Shown here in pieces: positions 1-8,742 of a DNA stretch of 62,658 nucleotides; positions within the stretch are counted from its first letter, which is position 1; every line of letters starts with the position of its first letter. The notes under the pieces were generated by a model. The model did not search any database. It was not told the origin of the DNA and saw nothing but the letters and a program-made list of their open reading frames with translations. The stretch is from NCBI GenBank assembly GCA_934630485.1, contig CAKTWD010000001.1, positions 1 through 62,658 of the forward strand, written 5' to 3'. The DNA comes from an uncultured Eggerthellaceae bacterium. GTDB lineage: Bacteria > Actinomycetota > Coriobacteriia > Coriobacteriales > Eggerthellaceae. Position numbers and translations under genes: made by a program.

Positions 1-1
1 G

Positions 2-1420
2 CATACGTCTGCGGGACGTCGTTCGGGCGCCTCGCAAGTTGCTTATTCGCAAGACCCCCGTCATCGGGGCACTCGCCCGCAAGCCGGCACTCGTCGACCT
101 GCCAATCGCGCGCCTGCGCAGAAAAAGCGCGGCGGTGGCAAGCTGAAGTGCGTTTTGGTCGCGGTCCTTGCATTGGTCCTGGTGGGCGCCGGTGCGGCTT
201 TCGCGTACTACCAGAATATCGAGGGCAACCTGCATGCAGGCCTTGATCAGAAGGATCTTGAGAAGTACCTGGTCGAGACGGATCTGACCAACGAGCCGTT
301 CTATATGCTGCTGATGGGTACTGACGGCTCGTCCGAGCGCGAAGAGGACGAGTCGTTTGGCGGATCGTTCCGTACTGACAGCATCATCCTTGCCCGCATC
401 GATCCGGTGAACAAGAAGGTCTCGATGGTTTCGATTCATCGCGACACCATGGTTGACATGGGCGAATACGGTCAACAGAAAGTCAACGCGGCTCATGCGT
501 TCGGCGGCGCGGTCCTATCTGTCAAAACCATTTCTGACTTTGCGGGCGTTGATATCTCGCACTATGCCGAGATCAATTTCGACGGCTTCCGCGACATCGT
601 CGATGCGCTGGGCGGCGTCGAGGTTGACGTTCCTGTTGAGATCAACGATGAGGATGCTGGCGGCCATCTGGACGCGGGCTTGCAAACCCTCAACGGGGAG
701 CAGGCTCTGATCTTGTGTCGCTCACGCAACACTTATGCCGATTCGGCCGACCCCGATTCGATGCGCGCCGCCAATCAGCGCCTGGTTTTGTCGGCAATCG
801 CCGAGAAGATCCTGTCGTCCGATGTGGCCACTATTGCCAACTCGGTCACGGCAATTTCCAAGTATGTGACTACCGACCTGGATGTTTCCGACATCATTGG
901 CTTGGCTCAGGCGATGCGCGGCATGGACACCTCGACCGACTTCTACACGGCAATGGACCCGGTAACCAACAAGCTCATCGGCGACGGCTGGTACACGTAT
1001 TCCAACGAGGAAGAGTGGAAGGCCATGATGAAGCGTATGGACGAGGGCTTGCCGCCGTCCGAGGATGCGATCATCGACGAAAAGACGGGAACGATCGTTG
1101 CCACTAACGGCCAGGACCCCGCCGATTCCGAGAAGCTGGCTACGATCTCGGTGAAGAACGGCACAACGAAGAGTGCCCGCACGCAAGAGGCGGTGAACCT
1201 GCTGAAGGATGCGGGCTTCACGAATGCTTCGGGTTCGGATGCCAATTCGACCGATCATAAGAAGACCCTGGTCGTCTATAAGAGCGCGTCGCACGAACGC
1301 GAGGCGAATCAGATCGTCGAGGCGCTTGGTCAAGGCACTGCGCAGTTGGATAACGGCGAATATTTGTTTGAAAGCAACTTCTTGGTGTTGATCGGCTCCG
1401 ACTGGAAGGACGCGTCGTAA
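2..1420 (+). CDS. LytR-CpsA-Psr (LCP) family protein; 5' end probably lies outside the window
   Basis: The frame stays open back to base 2. It encodes a basic tail (RRPANRAPAQKKRGGGKLK) followed by one TM helix (VLVAVLALVLVGAGAAFAYY). LCP core motifs are present: FYMLLMGTDGS, RTDSIILARIDP, SIHRDT, GFRDIVDALGGVEVDV. The ORF-track start at 155 is a TTG inside the TM helix. Confidence 0.85.
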   Translation, partial: HTSAGRRSGASQVAYSQDPRHRGTRPQAGTRRPANRAPAQKKRGGGKLKCVLVAVLALVLVGAGAAFAYYQNIEGNLHAGLDQKDLEKYLVETDLTNEPFYMLLMGTDGSSEREEDESFGGSFRTDSIILARIDPVNKKVSMVSIHRDTMVDMGEYGQQKVNAAHAFGGAVLSVKTISDFAGVDISHYAEINFDGFRDIVDALGGVEVDVPVEINDEDAGGHLDAGLQTLNGEQALILCRSRNTYADSADPDSMRAANQRLVLSAIAEKILSSDVATIANSVTAISKYVTTDLDVSDIIGLAQAMRGMDTSTDFYTAMDPVTNKLIGDGWYTYSNEEEWKAMMKRMDEGLPPSEDAIIDEKTGTIVATNGQDPADSEKLATISVKNGTTKSARTQEAVNLLKDAGFTNASGSDANSTDHKKTLVVYKSASHEREANQIVEALGQGTAQLDNGEYLFESNFLVLIGSDWKDAS

Positions 1421-1899
1421 TGCGTTTCACGATAGTCGCTGTTGGAAAACTGAAAGAACGCTTTTGGGTTGATGCGTGCAAGGAGTATCTGAAACGCCTG
1501 CAGCCCTACGCGAAAACCGAGGTCCGCGAAATCGCCGATGTCGACCCGGCGCGCGCTGGCGGCGTGGATGCCGCGCGCAACAAAGAGGGCGATGCGATTT
1601 GCGCTGAGTTGGACAAGCTGTCATCGGGGACGCATGTGGTGTTGATGGCCATCGACGGCATCGAGCGCTCCAGCGAGCAGCTTTCGAGGCATCTTGGTCA
1701 GCTGATGTTGCAGGGCAAGAGCGATTTCGCGTTCGTGATCGGGGGATCCGACGGCGTGAGCGATGCTGTGCGCGCCCGTGCGAACGAGAAGTTGTCGTTC
1801 GGGCCCATCACGCTTCCGCATAACCTTGCTCGCGTGGTTCTTCTGGAGCAGCTGTACCGCACTCAAAAAATTGCCCACAACGAGCCTTATCATAAGTAG
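1420..1899 (+). CDS. rlmH: 23S rRNA (pseudouridine1915-N3)-methyltransferase RlmH (SPOUT)
   Basis: 159 aa. N-terminus MRFTIVAVGKLKE. C-terminal knot region FVIGGSDGV...LSFGPITLPHNLARVVLLEQLYR...YHK. The ATG overlaps the LCP stop codon (TAATG). Confidence 0.9.
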   Translation: MRFTIVAVGKLKERFWVDACKEYLKRLQPYAKTEVREIADVDPARAGGVDAARNKEGDAICAELDKLSSGTHVVLMAIDGIERSSEQLSRHLGQLMLQGKSDFAFVIGGSDGVSDAVRARANEKLSFGPITLPHNLARVVLLEQLYRTQKIAHNEPYHK

Positions 1900-2060
1900 C
1901 GCTTATTCCGCGATGGTCTAAGCGGCGCAAGTGGGTGTTCGCAAAAGCGCGATTGCTTGGCGGAACCAAGCGGCTCCATGTGCCTGCTTCCGCTTATTCT
2001 TAGCCGCCGCCCTGTGCGGCGCGTCCGTGCAGTTGCCTATGTCTAACAAAAGGAGTTCGA

Positions 2061-3026
2061 ATGCGATACGTCTCATGGAACGTCAACGGCTTGCGCGCGG
2101 TGATGAAGAAGGGTTTTGAGGACATCGTCGCCCAGATCAACCCCGATGTGCTTGCCCTTCAAGAGACGAAGCTACAGGCGAACCAAGCTGCTCCCGACCT
2201 GCCGGATTACCTGGAGTTTTGGAGTTACGCCGACCGAAAAGGCTATTCGGGAACGGCAGTTTTCAGCAAGAGGGCTCCGCTGCAGGTGCTTCACGGCTTG
2301 GGGTTTGCGAACCTCGACGATGAAGGTCGCATCGTGGCGTTGGAGTTCCCTGAATGCTGGTTCGTGTGCGTGTACACGCCGAATGCCCAGAACGGTTTGG
2401 CGCGCATCGATCACCGCATGGAGTGGGATGACGCGTTCCGCGACTTCTGCAAAGGCTTGGAAGAGGGCGTTCTGCCTGCTGGCGTGTCTGTCGAGCGCGT
2501 CGATGGTGAAGGAGCCGTCGTACTGTTGCCCGACGCGGGCGCAGGCGAAGGCAAGAACGGCGCGGATATCGACCCTGGTAAGATCATGCTGGGCGCGGGA
2601 CACATCCCGGCATCGTGGTTGCCGCGCACCAGTGCAGGCGAAACCGCTGATGCGAAACCCGTGGTAGTTTGCGGCGATCTGAACGTCGCGCATAATGAGA
2701 TCGACTTGAAGAACCCGGGCCCCAATCGCGGCAACGCGGGTTTCTCGGACGAGGAGCGCGGGAAGTTCGGCGAGCTTCTGCATGCGGGCTTCACTGACAC
2801 CTTCCGCTATTTGCATCCCGACGTTGAGGGCGCGTATTCGTGGTGGAGCTATCGTTTCCACGCGCGTGAGAACAACGCGGGGTGGCGCATCGACTACTTT
2901 CTGGTTAGCGATGCCCTTCGCGAAAACGTGCAGACCGCAAGCATTTTGAGCGAAGTCTACGGATCGGACCATTGTCCCGTTATGCTTGAGCTTGAGAATA
3001 ATCAACTAACACAAATCCAACCGTAA
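2061..3026 (+). CDS. xth: Exodeoxyribonuclease III (Xth/ExoA family) with an internal ~63-aa insertion
   Basis: Motifs SWNVNGLRA, LALQETK, VVCGDLNVAHNEIDLKNP, NAGFSDEER, WRIDYFLVS, SDHCPV. It is 321 aa, against about 250-270 aa for typical members. Confidence 0.9.
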   Translation: MRYVSWNVNGLRAVMKKGFEDIVAQINPDVLALQETKLQANQAAPDLPDYLEFWSYADRKGYSGTAVFSKRAPLQVLHGLGFANLDDEGRIVALEFPECWFVCVYTPNAQNGLARIDHRMEWDDAFRDFCKGLEEGVLPAGVSVERVDGEGAVVLLPDAGAGEGKNGADIDPGKIMLGAGHIPASWLPRTSAGETADAKPVVVCGDLNVAHNEIDLKNPGPNRGNAGFSDEERGKFGELLHAGFTDTFRYLHPDVEGAYSWWSYRFHARENNAGWRIDYFLVSDALRENVQTASILSEVYGSDHCPVMLELENNQLTQIQP

Positions 3027-3162
3027 TTAAGCGGCTGTCCATCGGTGATCCAACACGATCTGACGGCTGTCTAACAGCAGCTGGCAAGAACCCGACAGTA
3101 ATCTAGCGCGAGTCCAACAGGATCCAATAAAAACCCAACCGTAATCCAACAGGAGTTTTCAC

Positions 3163-3756
3163 ATGCAGAACGATAATTCGAACAACACCAGCACCATGGA
3201 TATGGAGAAGATCGAAGCCGGTGTGCGCATGATCTTGGAGGGCGTTGGCGAAGACCCCGATCGCGAGGGCCTGATCGAAACGCCTGCTCGCGTGGCGCGC
3301 ATGTACGAGGAGATCTTCGCCGGCATGAACCAAGACCCGCACGATCTGTTCGAGAAGCTGTTCGACGAACATCATCAGGAAATGGTGATGGTGCGCGAAA
3401 TCCCGTTCTACTCGATGTGCGAGCATCATCTGGCACCGTTCTTCGGTCAGGCTCACATCGCTTACATCCCCGGCAAAGAGGGGAAGGTCTGCGGCCTGTC
3501 GAAGCTTGCTCGCCTGGTCGACCTGTACGCGAAGCGTCCGCAGATTCAGGAGCGCCTTACCTCGCAGATCGCCGATACGCTTGTCAAGGAGCTTAACCCC
3601 GAGGGCGTGATGGTGGTGCTCGAAGCCGAGCACATGTGCATGACCATGCGCGGCGTTAAGAAGCCCGGCTCGAAAACCACCACCAGTGCGGCACGCGGGT
3701 GCTTCCTTTCCAACCAGGCAACGCGTTCCGAGGCTATGAGCTTGATTTTCCGTTAA
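3163..3756 (+). CDS. folE: GTP cyclohydrolase I
   Basis: Motifs [70 protein letters not shown] lies upstream of the ATG. Confidence 0.92.
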   Translation: MQNDNSNNTSTMDMEKIEAGVRMILEGVGEDPDREGLIETPARVARMYEEIFAGMNQDPHDLFEKLFDEHHQEMVMVREIPFYSMCEHHLAPFFGQAHIAYIPGKEGKVCGLSKLARLVDLYAKRPQIQERLTSQIADTLVKELNPEGVMVVLEAEHMCMTMRGVKKPGSKTTTSAARGCFLSNQATRSEAMSLIFR

Positions 3757-3834
3757 GCCTTTGCACGGCGGGCCGTCAACGGTGACGCTCATGCTAGACT
3801 TTTGCAAAACAGGATTCGAATCCAGGAGGCTCTT

Positions 3835-4104
3835 ATGAAGTGCGTTCTTTCCGTTTTGGGCAAGGATCGTCCGGGCATCGTCGCTGGAGTTGCCGTCACC
3901 CTTACCGAGTGCGGCGCCAACATCGACGACATCAGCCAGACCATTCTGGGCGACATGTTCTCGATGACTATGCTCACCACGCTGAACGATGAGGTCGCAG
4001 GCTTCGACGACGTTCAGGCCAAGCTTGCCGCGCAGGCCGAGAAGCTGGGTGTCCAGATGACGCTTCAGCGACAAGATGTCTTTAGCTACATGTACGAGGT
4101 GTAG
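3835..4104 (+). CDS. ACT domain-containing protein (UPF0237-like)
   Basis: MKCVLSVLGKDRPGIVAGVAVTLTECGANIDDISQTILGDMFSMTML is typical of small ACT proteins. The internal ATG at 3835 is preceded by CAGGAGG, so it is preferred over the ORF-track start at 3802. Confidence 0.8.
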   Translation: MKCVLSVLGKDRPGIVAGVAVTLTECGANIDDISQTILGDMFSMTMLTTLNDEVAGFDDVQAKLAAQAEKLGVQMTLQRQDVFSYMYEV

Positions 4105-4153
4105 TATTGCTTCGCGGGCAGCAATCGCTGTCCGCGTTTTTATGGAGGTATAA

Positions 4154-5494
4154 ATGCCCATTGGGGTAAGCTTGGTTCTTGTGGCGGCGTTCCTTTTGAT
4201 GAACGCCTTTTTCGTCATCGCCGAATTCGCAATGGTGCGCGTGCGTCCCTCGCAGGTTGAAATGGCCCTGCAGGAAGGTCGCAAGGGCGCGAAAGCGGCA
4301 AAGATCATCACCGACAACGTGAACGATTACCTTTCGGCTTGCCAGTTGGGCATTACCCTGGCTTCGCTTGCCTTGGGCTGGTTGGGCGAGCCCGCGTTCT
4401 CCAACCTTATCCGCCCGTTGCTGGCCCCCATTGGCATCCCCGAAACGGCCATTTCGGCCATTGCCGTCGCCATCGGCTACATCATCATGACCACGCTGCA
4501 TGTGGTGGTGGGCGAGCTTATCCCCAAGTCGTTCGCCATTTACTCGACCGAGTCGTACGCGCTGCACACGGCGCCCGTCCTTCATGTGTTCTACCGCATC
4601 ACGTTCCCCATCATGTGGCTGTTCAACCACCTGACCAGCGCCGTTGTGCGCTTGGCCGGTCACGATCCCGAGAACGAGCATGAGGTTTACACCGACGAGG
4701 AGATCAAACTGCTCATTGACGAGTCCACCGAAAGCGGTCTGATCGACCCCGAGGCTAACGAGATCGTGGACAACATCTTCGACATCGGCGACAAGGATGC
4801 TGAGGCCATTATGACCCCGCGCACCGACCTGATCTGCGTCGATATGGAAGACTCGCTGGAAGAGAATCTTCAAACCGTGCGCAACTACAAGTTCACGCGC
4901 TACCCTGTTTGCCAGGGAAGCAAAGACCGCATCATCGGTTTCGTGCACGTGAAAGACCTGTACACCGCGCCGAAGGGCGAGGACATGAAGGACCTGCGCA
5001 TACGCAGCATCCTTGCCGTGCCCGAGGGGATCCCCGTTGCCAAGCTGCTGCAAGCGCTGCAACGTCAGCACACGAAGATCGCCGTGGTCGTGGACGAGCA
5101 CGGCGGCACCAGCGGCATCGTCACCATGAGCGACATCATGGAGCAGATCGTTGGCCGCATGGACGACGAGTACTCGCATGGCGACGAGGGCCGCATCGTG
5201 GAGTTATCTGATGGCCGCAAGCTCATTGACGGTTCGATGCCTATCGACGAGGTAACCGAGCTTATTGGGTTCACGCCCGAGGAGGCCGACGAATGCGAGA
5301 CGGCGGGCGGCTTGCTGCTATCGCTGTTCGACCGCATTCCCGCCGAGGGCGACGTGATCAGCGTTGCCGAAATGCGTGATGGCGAGCCTGTTGAGGGCGG
5401 CGCATCGGCCCAGTTCACGGTTGTGGACATGGACAACCACCGCATCGACAAGATCGAGGTGCGCGCGATTCCTGCCCAGGATCCGCTGCTTTAA
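4154..5494 (+). CDS. CNNM/DUF21-CBS-CorC_HlyC family membrane protein (hemolysin-like / Mg-Co efflux-like)
   Basis: N-terminal 4-TM DUF21 region (FFVIAEFAMVRVR, ACQLGITLASL). CBS pair (IMTPRTD...VVDEHGGTSGIVTMSDIMEQIVG). C-terminal transporter-associated domain. RBS GGAGG. Confidence 0.88.
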   Translation: MPIGVSLVLVAAFLLMNAFFVIAEFAMVRVRPSQVEMALQEGRKGAKAAKIITDNVNDYLSACQLGITLASLALGWLGEPAFSNLIRPLLAPIGIPETAISAIAVAIGYIIMTTLHVVVGELIPKSFAIYSTESYALHTAPVLHVFYRITFPIMWLFNHLTSAVVRLAGHDPENEHEVYTDEEIKLLIDESTESGLIDPEANEIVDNIFDIGDKDAEAIMTPRTDLICVDMEDSLEENLQTVRNYKFTRYPVCQGSKDRIIGFVHVKDLYTAPKGEDMKDLRIRSILAVPEGIPVAKLLQALQRQHTKIAVVVDEHGGTSGIVTMSDIMEQIVGRMDDEYSHGDEGRIVELSDGRKLIDGSMPIDEVTELIGFTPEEADECETAGGLLLSLFDRIPAEGDVISVAEMRDGEPVEGGASAQFTVVDMDNHRIDKIEVRAIPAQDPLL

Positions 5495-6327
5495 TCTACT
5501 TTCACGCCGCAGAAGCGTTCGGCGTTCTTCCAGAGGATCTTTTCCAGGTCGTCGTCGCTGAAAACGCCAGGAGCTTGCTGTGTGATTTGCTGGTCGAATT
5601 CGACGGCCGGGTCCCACATGGGGAAGTCACTGCCGAACATGACGCGGTCGCATCCCCACAAATGGACGAGCTCGGCCAGGTGGCGCGTGCCGGTGAAGGC
5701 GACGGCGCTGGAGGTGTCCACGAACAGGCGATCCTCGAAAGCAAGATCGCGGGCATCATCATCGTGCATGATGTCGTAGCCGCGGTCGAAGATGGACCAG
5801 CCGCTGAAATGCGTGGCGTCCACCACCAGGTCGGGGAAGGCGCGCAGGATGCGCTTCAGGCGCTTGGGGCTGGAGTAGTCGTAGCGGTAGTCGCCGGTGT
5901 GGATGACCACGGGCGCGCGACCTGCGATTATCTCGTAGAAGTTCATCAGGCGTGGGTCGTCCATGTTCACAAGCTGCGTGTCGGGATGCAGCTTGAAACC
6001 GTGAAGCCCCAGTTCAAGGGCGCGTTCGACTTCTGCTTCCATATCTTTGAAATCGGGATGCATGGTACCGAAGGCGATGAACTCGGGGTGCTCTGCCTGC
6101 TTTTCGGCAAGGAATGAGTTGATGGTGGGGACGGAGTGCGCGGTAGTTGCCACTGAGTGAACGATGAAGTTCGTGATGGGTGAGCGCTTTGTGGCGGCGA
6201 TTAGGTCTTCGGCTGTGCCCTGACCTGCCATTGCTTGTTGGACTCCGTAAAACGCGCCGACTGCCTCCACCGCTCGCGAGGCGATTGCCTCGGGGTAGAT
6301 GTGTGCGTGCGCATCGATGACCGCCAT
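5491..6327 (-). CDS. Amidohydrolase family protein (amidohydrolase_2 type metal-dependent hydrolase)
   Basis: N-terminal MAVIDAHAHIYPE (HxH metal motif), GFKLHPD, VVIHTG, and FGSDFP near the C-terminus. Confidence 0.8.
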   Translation of the reverse strand: MAVIDAHAHIYPEAIASRAVEAVGAFYGVQQAMAGQGTAEDLIAATKRSPITNFIVHSVATTAHSVPTINSFLAEKQAEHPEFIAFGTMHPDFKDMEAEVERALELGLHGFKLHPDTQLVNMDDPRLMNFYEIIAGRAPVVIHTGDYRYDYSSPKRLKRILRAFPDLVVDATHFSGWSIFDRGYDIMHDDDARDLAFEDRLFVDTSSAVAFTGTRHLAELVHLWGCDRVMFGSDFPMWDPAVEFDQQITQQAPGVFSDDDLEKILWKNAERFCGVKVD

Positions 6328-6476
6328 GTCGTTCCTTCCGTTCTTTGGTTTGAATCAAGCTTCACTTTAACGCTTTTTAGTTTCGGGCGCGTGTCGCGTT
6401 GTTGGAGGGCAGTTGGCGAACGGGCGGCGCCGTGTTTGCGTGCCTGGCGCCCGACTGCGGGGTGGGCGGCCTCCCA

Positions 6477-6794
6477 TCAGCCGAATGCCTCCACCCAGAA
6501 GCGCTCGACCGGTGGTTTCCCTAAACTTGCGTCGTAGGTGCGACGTTCCAGGAACAGGTTCGTTTCGCGCGAGCCGATGCGCACGCGGTAGCGCGCGGTT
6601 GAGATGCCCCGGTAGGAAGGTCCGAAGCCGCTGCGCTCGATGATTTCGTCAACGCGGAACGAGCGTCCGTCGGGCCACATGATCACAATCGGGTCGAACC
6701 TTCCCTCGTCGGTTATGCGCATGAAAACGTCGACGTAGCGCTTGTGCGCCCGTCTTCGTGTTCCGCTTGAATCTGTCACCCAATCTGCCGGCAT
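6477..6794 (-). CDS. Small conserved hypothetical protein, divergent from the Y-family polymerase and sharing its LexA box
   Basis: 105-aa ORF with an ATG start. Motifs IVIMWPDGRSFRVDEIIE, ARYRVRIGSRETNLFLER, RFWVE. I recall similar small proteins but cannot name a family. Confidence 0.55.
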   Translation of the reverse strand: MPADWVTDSSGTRRRAHKRYVDVFMRITDEGRFDPIVIMWPDGRSFRVDEIIERSGFGPSYRGISTARYRVRIGSRETNLFLERRTYDASLGKPPVERFWVEAFG

Positions 6795-6805
6795 GTCTGT
6801 TATTA

Positions 6806-6821
6806 TCGAACATCGGTTCGA
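6806..6821. promoter_or_regulatory. LexA (SOS) box TCGAAC-ATCG-GTTCGA
   Basis: A perfect 6-N4-6 palindrome matching the Gram-positive/actinobacterial GAAC-N4-GTTC consensus. It lies 12 bp upstream of the ATG at 6794 (minus strand) and 44 bp upstream of the ATG at 6865 (plus strand). Confidence 0.75.
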
Positions 6822-6864
6822 ATTCTGGTAGCGAACAGACTGTGAAGATTGAAGGGGCGTGCGA

Positions 6865-8241
6865 ATGACGGATAGATTCTTGTCGGCAAAGTGCGAAACG
6901 CCGGCTAATGATGTCGCGTCGCGCTGCGACCTTTCGCAGATGCATCAATCTTCCAACAGAACTTACCTGTGCATTGATCTGAAATCCTTTTACGCTTCGG
7001 TGGAATGCATCGATCGCGGGCTCGACCCGTTTGCTGCCAACCTGGTTGTGGCAGATCCCGAACGCAGTGCCAACACCATTTGCCTTGCCATTACGCCGGC
7101 GTTGAAGGCGCGGGGCGTGAAGAACCGCTGTCGACTGCGCGACGTTCCCGATGGCATCGACTTCGTTTGTGCGGTGCCGCGCATGAAGCGCTATATGGAG
7201 GTATCGGGGCATGTCGTTAACGCGTATCGGCAATTCGTTTCGCCTGATGACATGCATGTTTACTCAATCGATGAGTCGTTCATCGACGCCACGCCGTACT
7301 TGAAGCTCTATGGTGTGGACGGGCGCACGTTCGCGAAGATGCTTATGCAGGCGGTATTCGATCAAACGGGCATCACGGCCACGGCGGGTATTGGCCCGAA
7401 CTTGCTTATGGCAAAGGTTGCGCTTGACGTGTGCGCCAAGCATGCGCTCGACGGCATTGGCCAGCTGGATGACGAGTCATGGCGTCGCGAGATCTGGTTT
7501 CATCGGCCCATCACCGACATATGGGGTATTGGGCCCGGCACCGCGCGGCGACTGGCGAAGCATGGCGTGTTCGACCTGGCGGGCGTGTGCTCGCTGCCGA
7601 AGAAATCCATTCAGAAGGAGTTCGGCAAGAACGGCCTGTTCCTGCTTGATCATGCGTGGGGGCAAGAGCCGTGCACCATTTCCCAGGCGAAGAATTACCG
7701 GCGACGCGACCATTCCATCACGAACGGGCAGGTTCTTATGCGCGATTACGGTTACGAAGAGGCGCAGACGCTTGTTCGCGAGATGGCGCTTTCGTCGTGC
7801 TTGGAGCTTACCGAGAAGGGCCTTGTTGCAACGAGCGTTGGGATTTGGGTGGGTTATTCCTCGTCGGGGGCAAGTCATCATGCGTGGGATCACGGGCGGG
7901 TGCCGGCTTTGGGCGCGGGTGGCAGCGCTAAGTTTCCGCGTCCCACCGACTCGGTGGCGCAAACGATGGACGCGCTGTTGGATCTGTATTTGAAACACGT
8001 TGACCCGCGGATGGCGATTCGACGGGTGAACATCGCGCTTGGCGGTTTGTTCGATAAAAGCGACGTGCAGCCCACGCTCTTTGACGATACCGAGGGCGAA
8101 AGCAAGGAAGAAGCCGTTGCGCAGGCGATGGTTGCCGTGCGGGCACGGTTCGGTAGGAATTCGATGCTAACGGCCACCAGCCTTCTTCCCGAAGCGAACG
8201 GTCGCGAAAGGAACATGCAGGTAGGAGGTCATCGGGCATGA
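6865..8241 (+). CDS. Y-family DNA polymerase (UmuC/UvrX/ImpB-like translesion polymerase)
   Basis: Motifs YLCIDLKSFYASVECIDRGLDP, YSIDESFIDAT (catalytic D-E), ATAGIGPNLLMAKVALD, IWGIGPGTARRL. The start is ambiguous: ATG 6865 follows GAAGGGG, and ATG 6940 is an alternative. Confidence 0.88.
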   Translation: MTDRFLSAKCETPANDVASRCDLSQMHQSSNRTYLCIDLKSFYASVECIDRGLDPFAANLVVADPERSANTICLAITPALKARGVKNRCRLRDVPDGIDFVCAVPRMKRYMEVSGHVVNAYRQFVSPDDMHVYSIDESFIDATPYLKLYGVDGRTFAKMLMQAVFDQTGITATAGIGPNLLMAKVALDVCAKHALDGIGQLDDESWRREIWFHRPITDIWGIGPGTARRLAKHGVFDLAGVCSLPKKSIQKEFGKNGLFLLDHAWGQEPCTISQAKNYRRRDHSITNGQVLMRDYGYEEAQTLVREMALSSCLELTEKGLVATSVGIWVGYSSSGASHHAWDHGRVPALGAGGSAKFPRPTDSVAQTMDALLDLYLKHVDPRMAIRRVNIALGGLFDKSDVQPTLFDDTEGESKEEAVAQAMVAVRARFGRNSMLTATSLLPEANGRERNMQVGGHRA

Positions 8242-8495
8242 TGATGAACGTTGATCAGGTCCGGCGTGCGGCGCAGATCCCTTCGGTTGACGTGTGGAGC
8301 GGGATTTCCGAAGACGAACGCCAGTATCGCGCGCAAGTGCTGGACGACATCGTGAAGCGAGTTGCCGCCGAAGGGGTTCATTACGCCGTGCCTGGGGATG
8401 ATAGGGGCAGGCAATTCATGCCATTTGCAGCGTTGAAGGGGTTCGACGAGGTTATCGCGGAAGGGGAAGGCCAAGAGCGTGGCTGCGGCATGTAA
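8238..8495 (+). CDS. YolD-like protein (accessory partner of Y-family polymerases)
   Basis: The motif GRQFMPFAALKGFDEVI matches the YolD-like signature. The ATG overlaps the polymerase stop (ATGA). RBS GGAGG is at 8224-8228. Confidence 0.7.
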   Translation: MMMNVDQVRRAAQIPSVDVWSGISEDERQYRAQVLDDIVKRVAAEGVHYAVPGDDRGRQFMPFAALKGFDEVIAEGEGQERGCGM

Positions 8496-8546
8496 CGGGG
8501 TTGCGAGCCAAGGTTGTGAAGGTCGCGTGGGCAATGCAAGAAAAGC

Positions 8547-8575
8547 TTGCCATGGGCGTAAGAGGTGAGTAATAT
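8547..8575 (+). promoter_or_regulatory. Candidate sigma-70-type promoter for the tRNA gene (TTGCCA-17 nt-TAATAT)
   Basis: TTGCCA at 8547-8552 and TAATAT at 8570-8575 with a 17-nt spacer, about 50 nt upstream of the tRNA 5' end. Confidence 0.4.
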
Positions 8576-8625
8576 ATCTTCTGCTGTTCGAGAGACAAGC
8601 AAGTTGCGAACAGCGCTACATACAT

Positions 8626-8702
8626 TGCGGGGTGGAGCAGTCTGGTAGCTCGCCGGGCTCATAACCCGGAGGCCGTAGGTTCAAATCCTGCCCCCGCGAC
8701 CA
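8626..8702 (+). tRNA. Initiator tRNA-Met (anticodon CAT)
   Basis: 77 nt, aligning almost base for base with the E. coli tRNA-fMet layout (TGCGGGGTGGAGCAG...GGGCTCATAACCC...GGTTCAAATCC...CCCCGCGACCA). The three G-C pairs closing the anticodon stem are an initiator hallmark. The 1:72 pair is non-Watson-Crick (T:G). CCA is encoded. Confidence 0.93.
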
Positions 8703-8709
8703 AAACTTC

Positions 8710-8742
8710 AACCCTGAACTGGCAAAACAGTTCAGGGTTTTT
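8710..8742 (+). terminator. Intrinsic terminator after the tRNA
   Basis: Hairpin AACCCTGAACTG-gcaaaa-CAGTTCAGGGTT followed by TTTTGTATTT. Confidence 0.7.

Noticed and set aside
5491-5494. Overlapping convergent stop codons (TTAA) of the CNNM and amidohydrolase genes
   Set aside because: It is real but trivial. This is just tight convergent packing with no terminator, and it has no further implication I can support.
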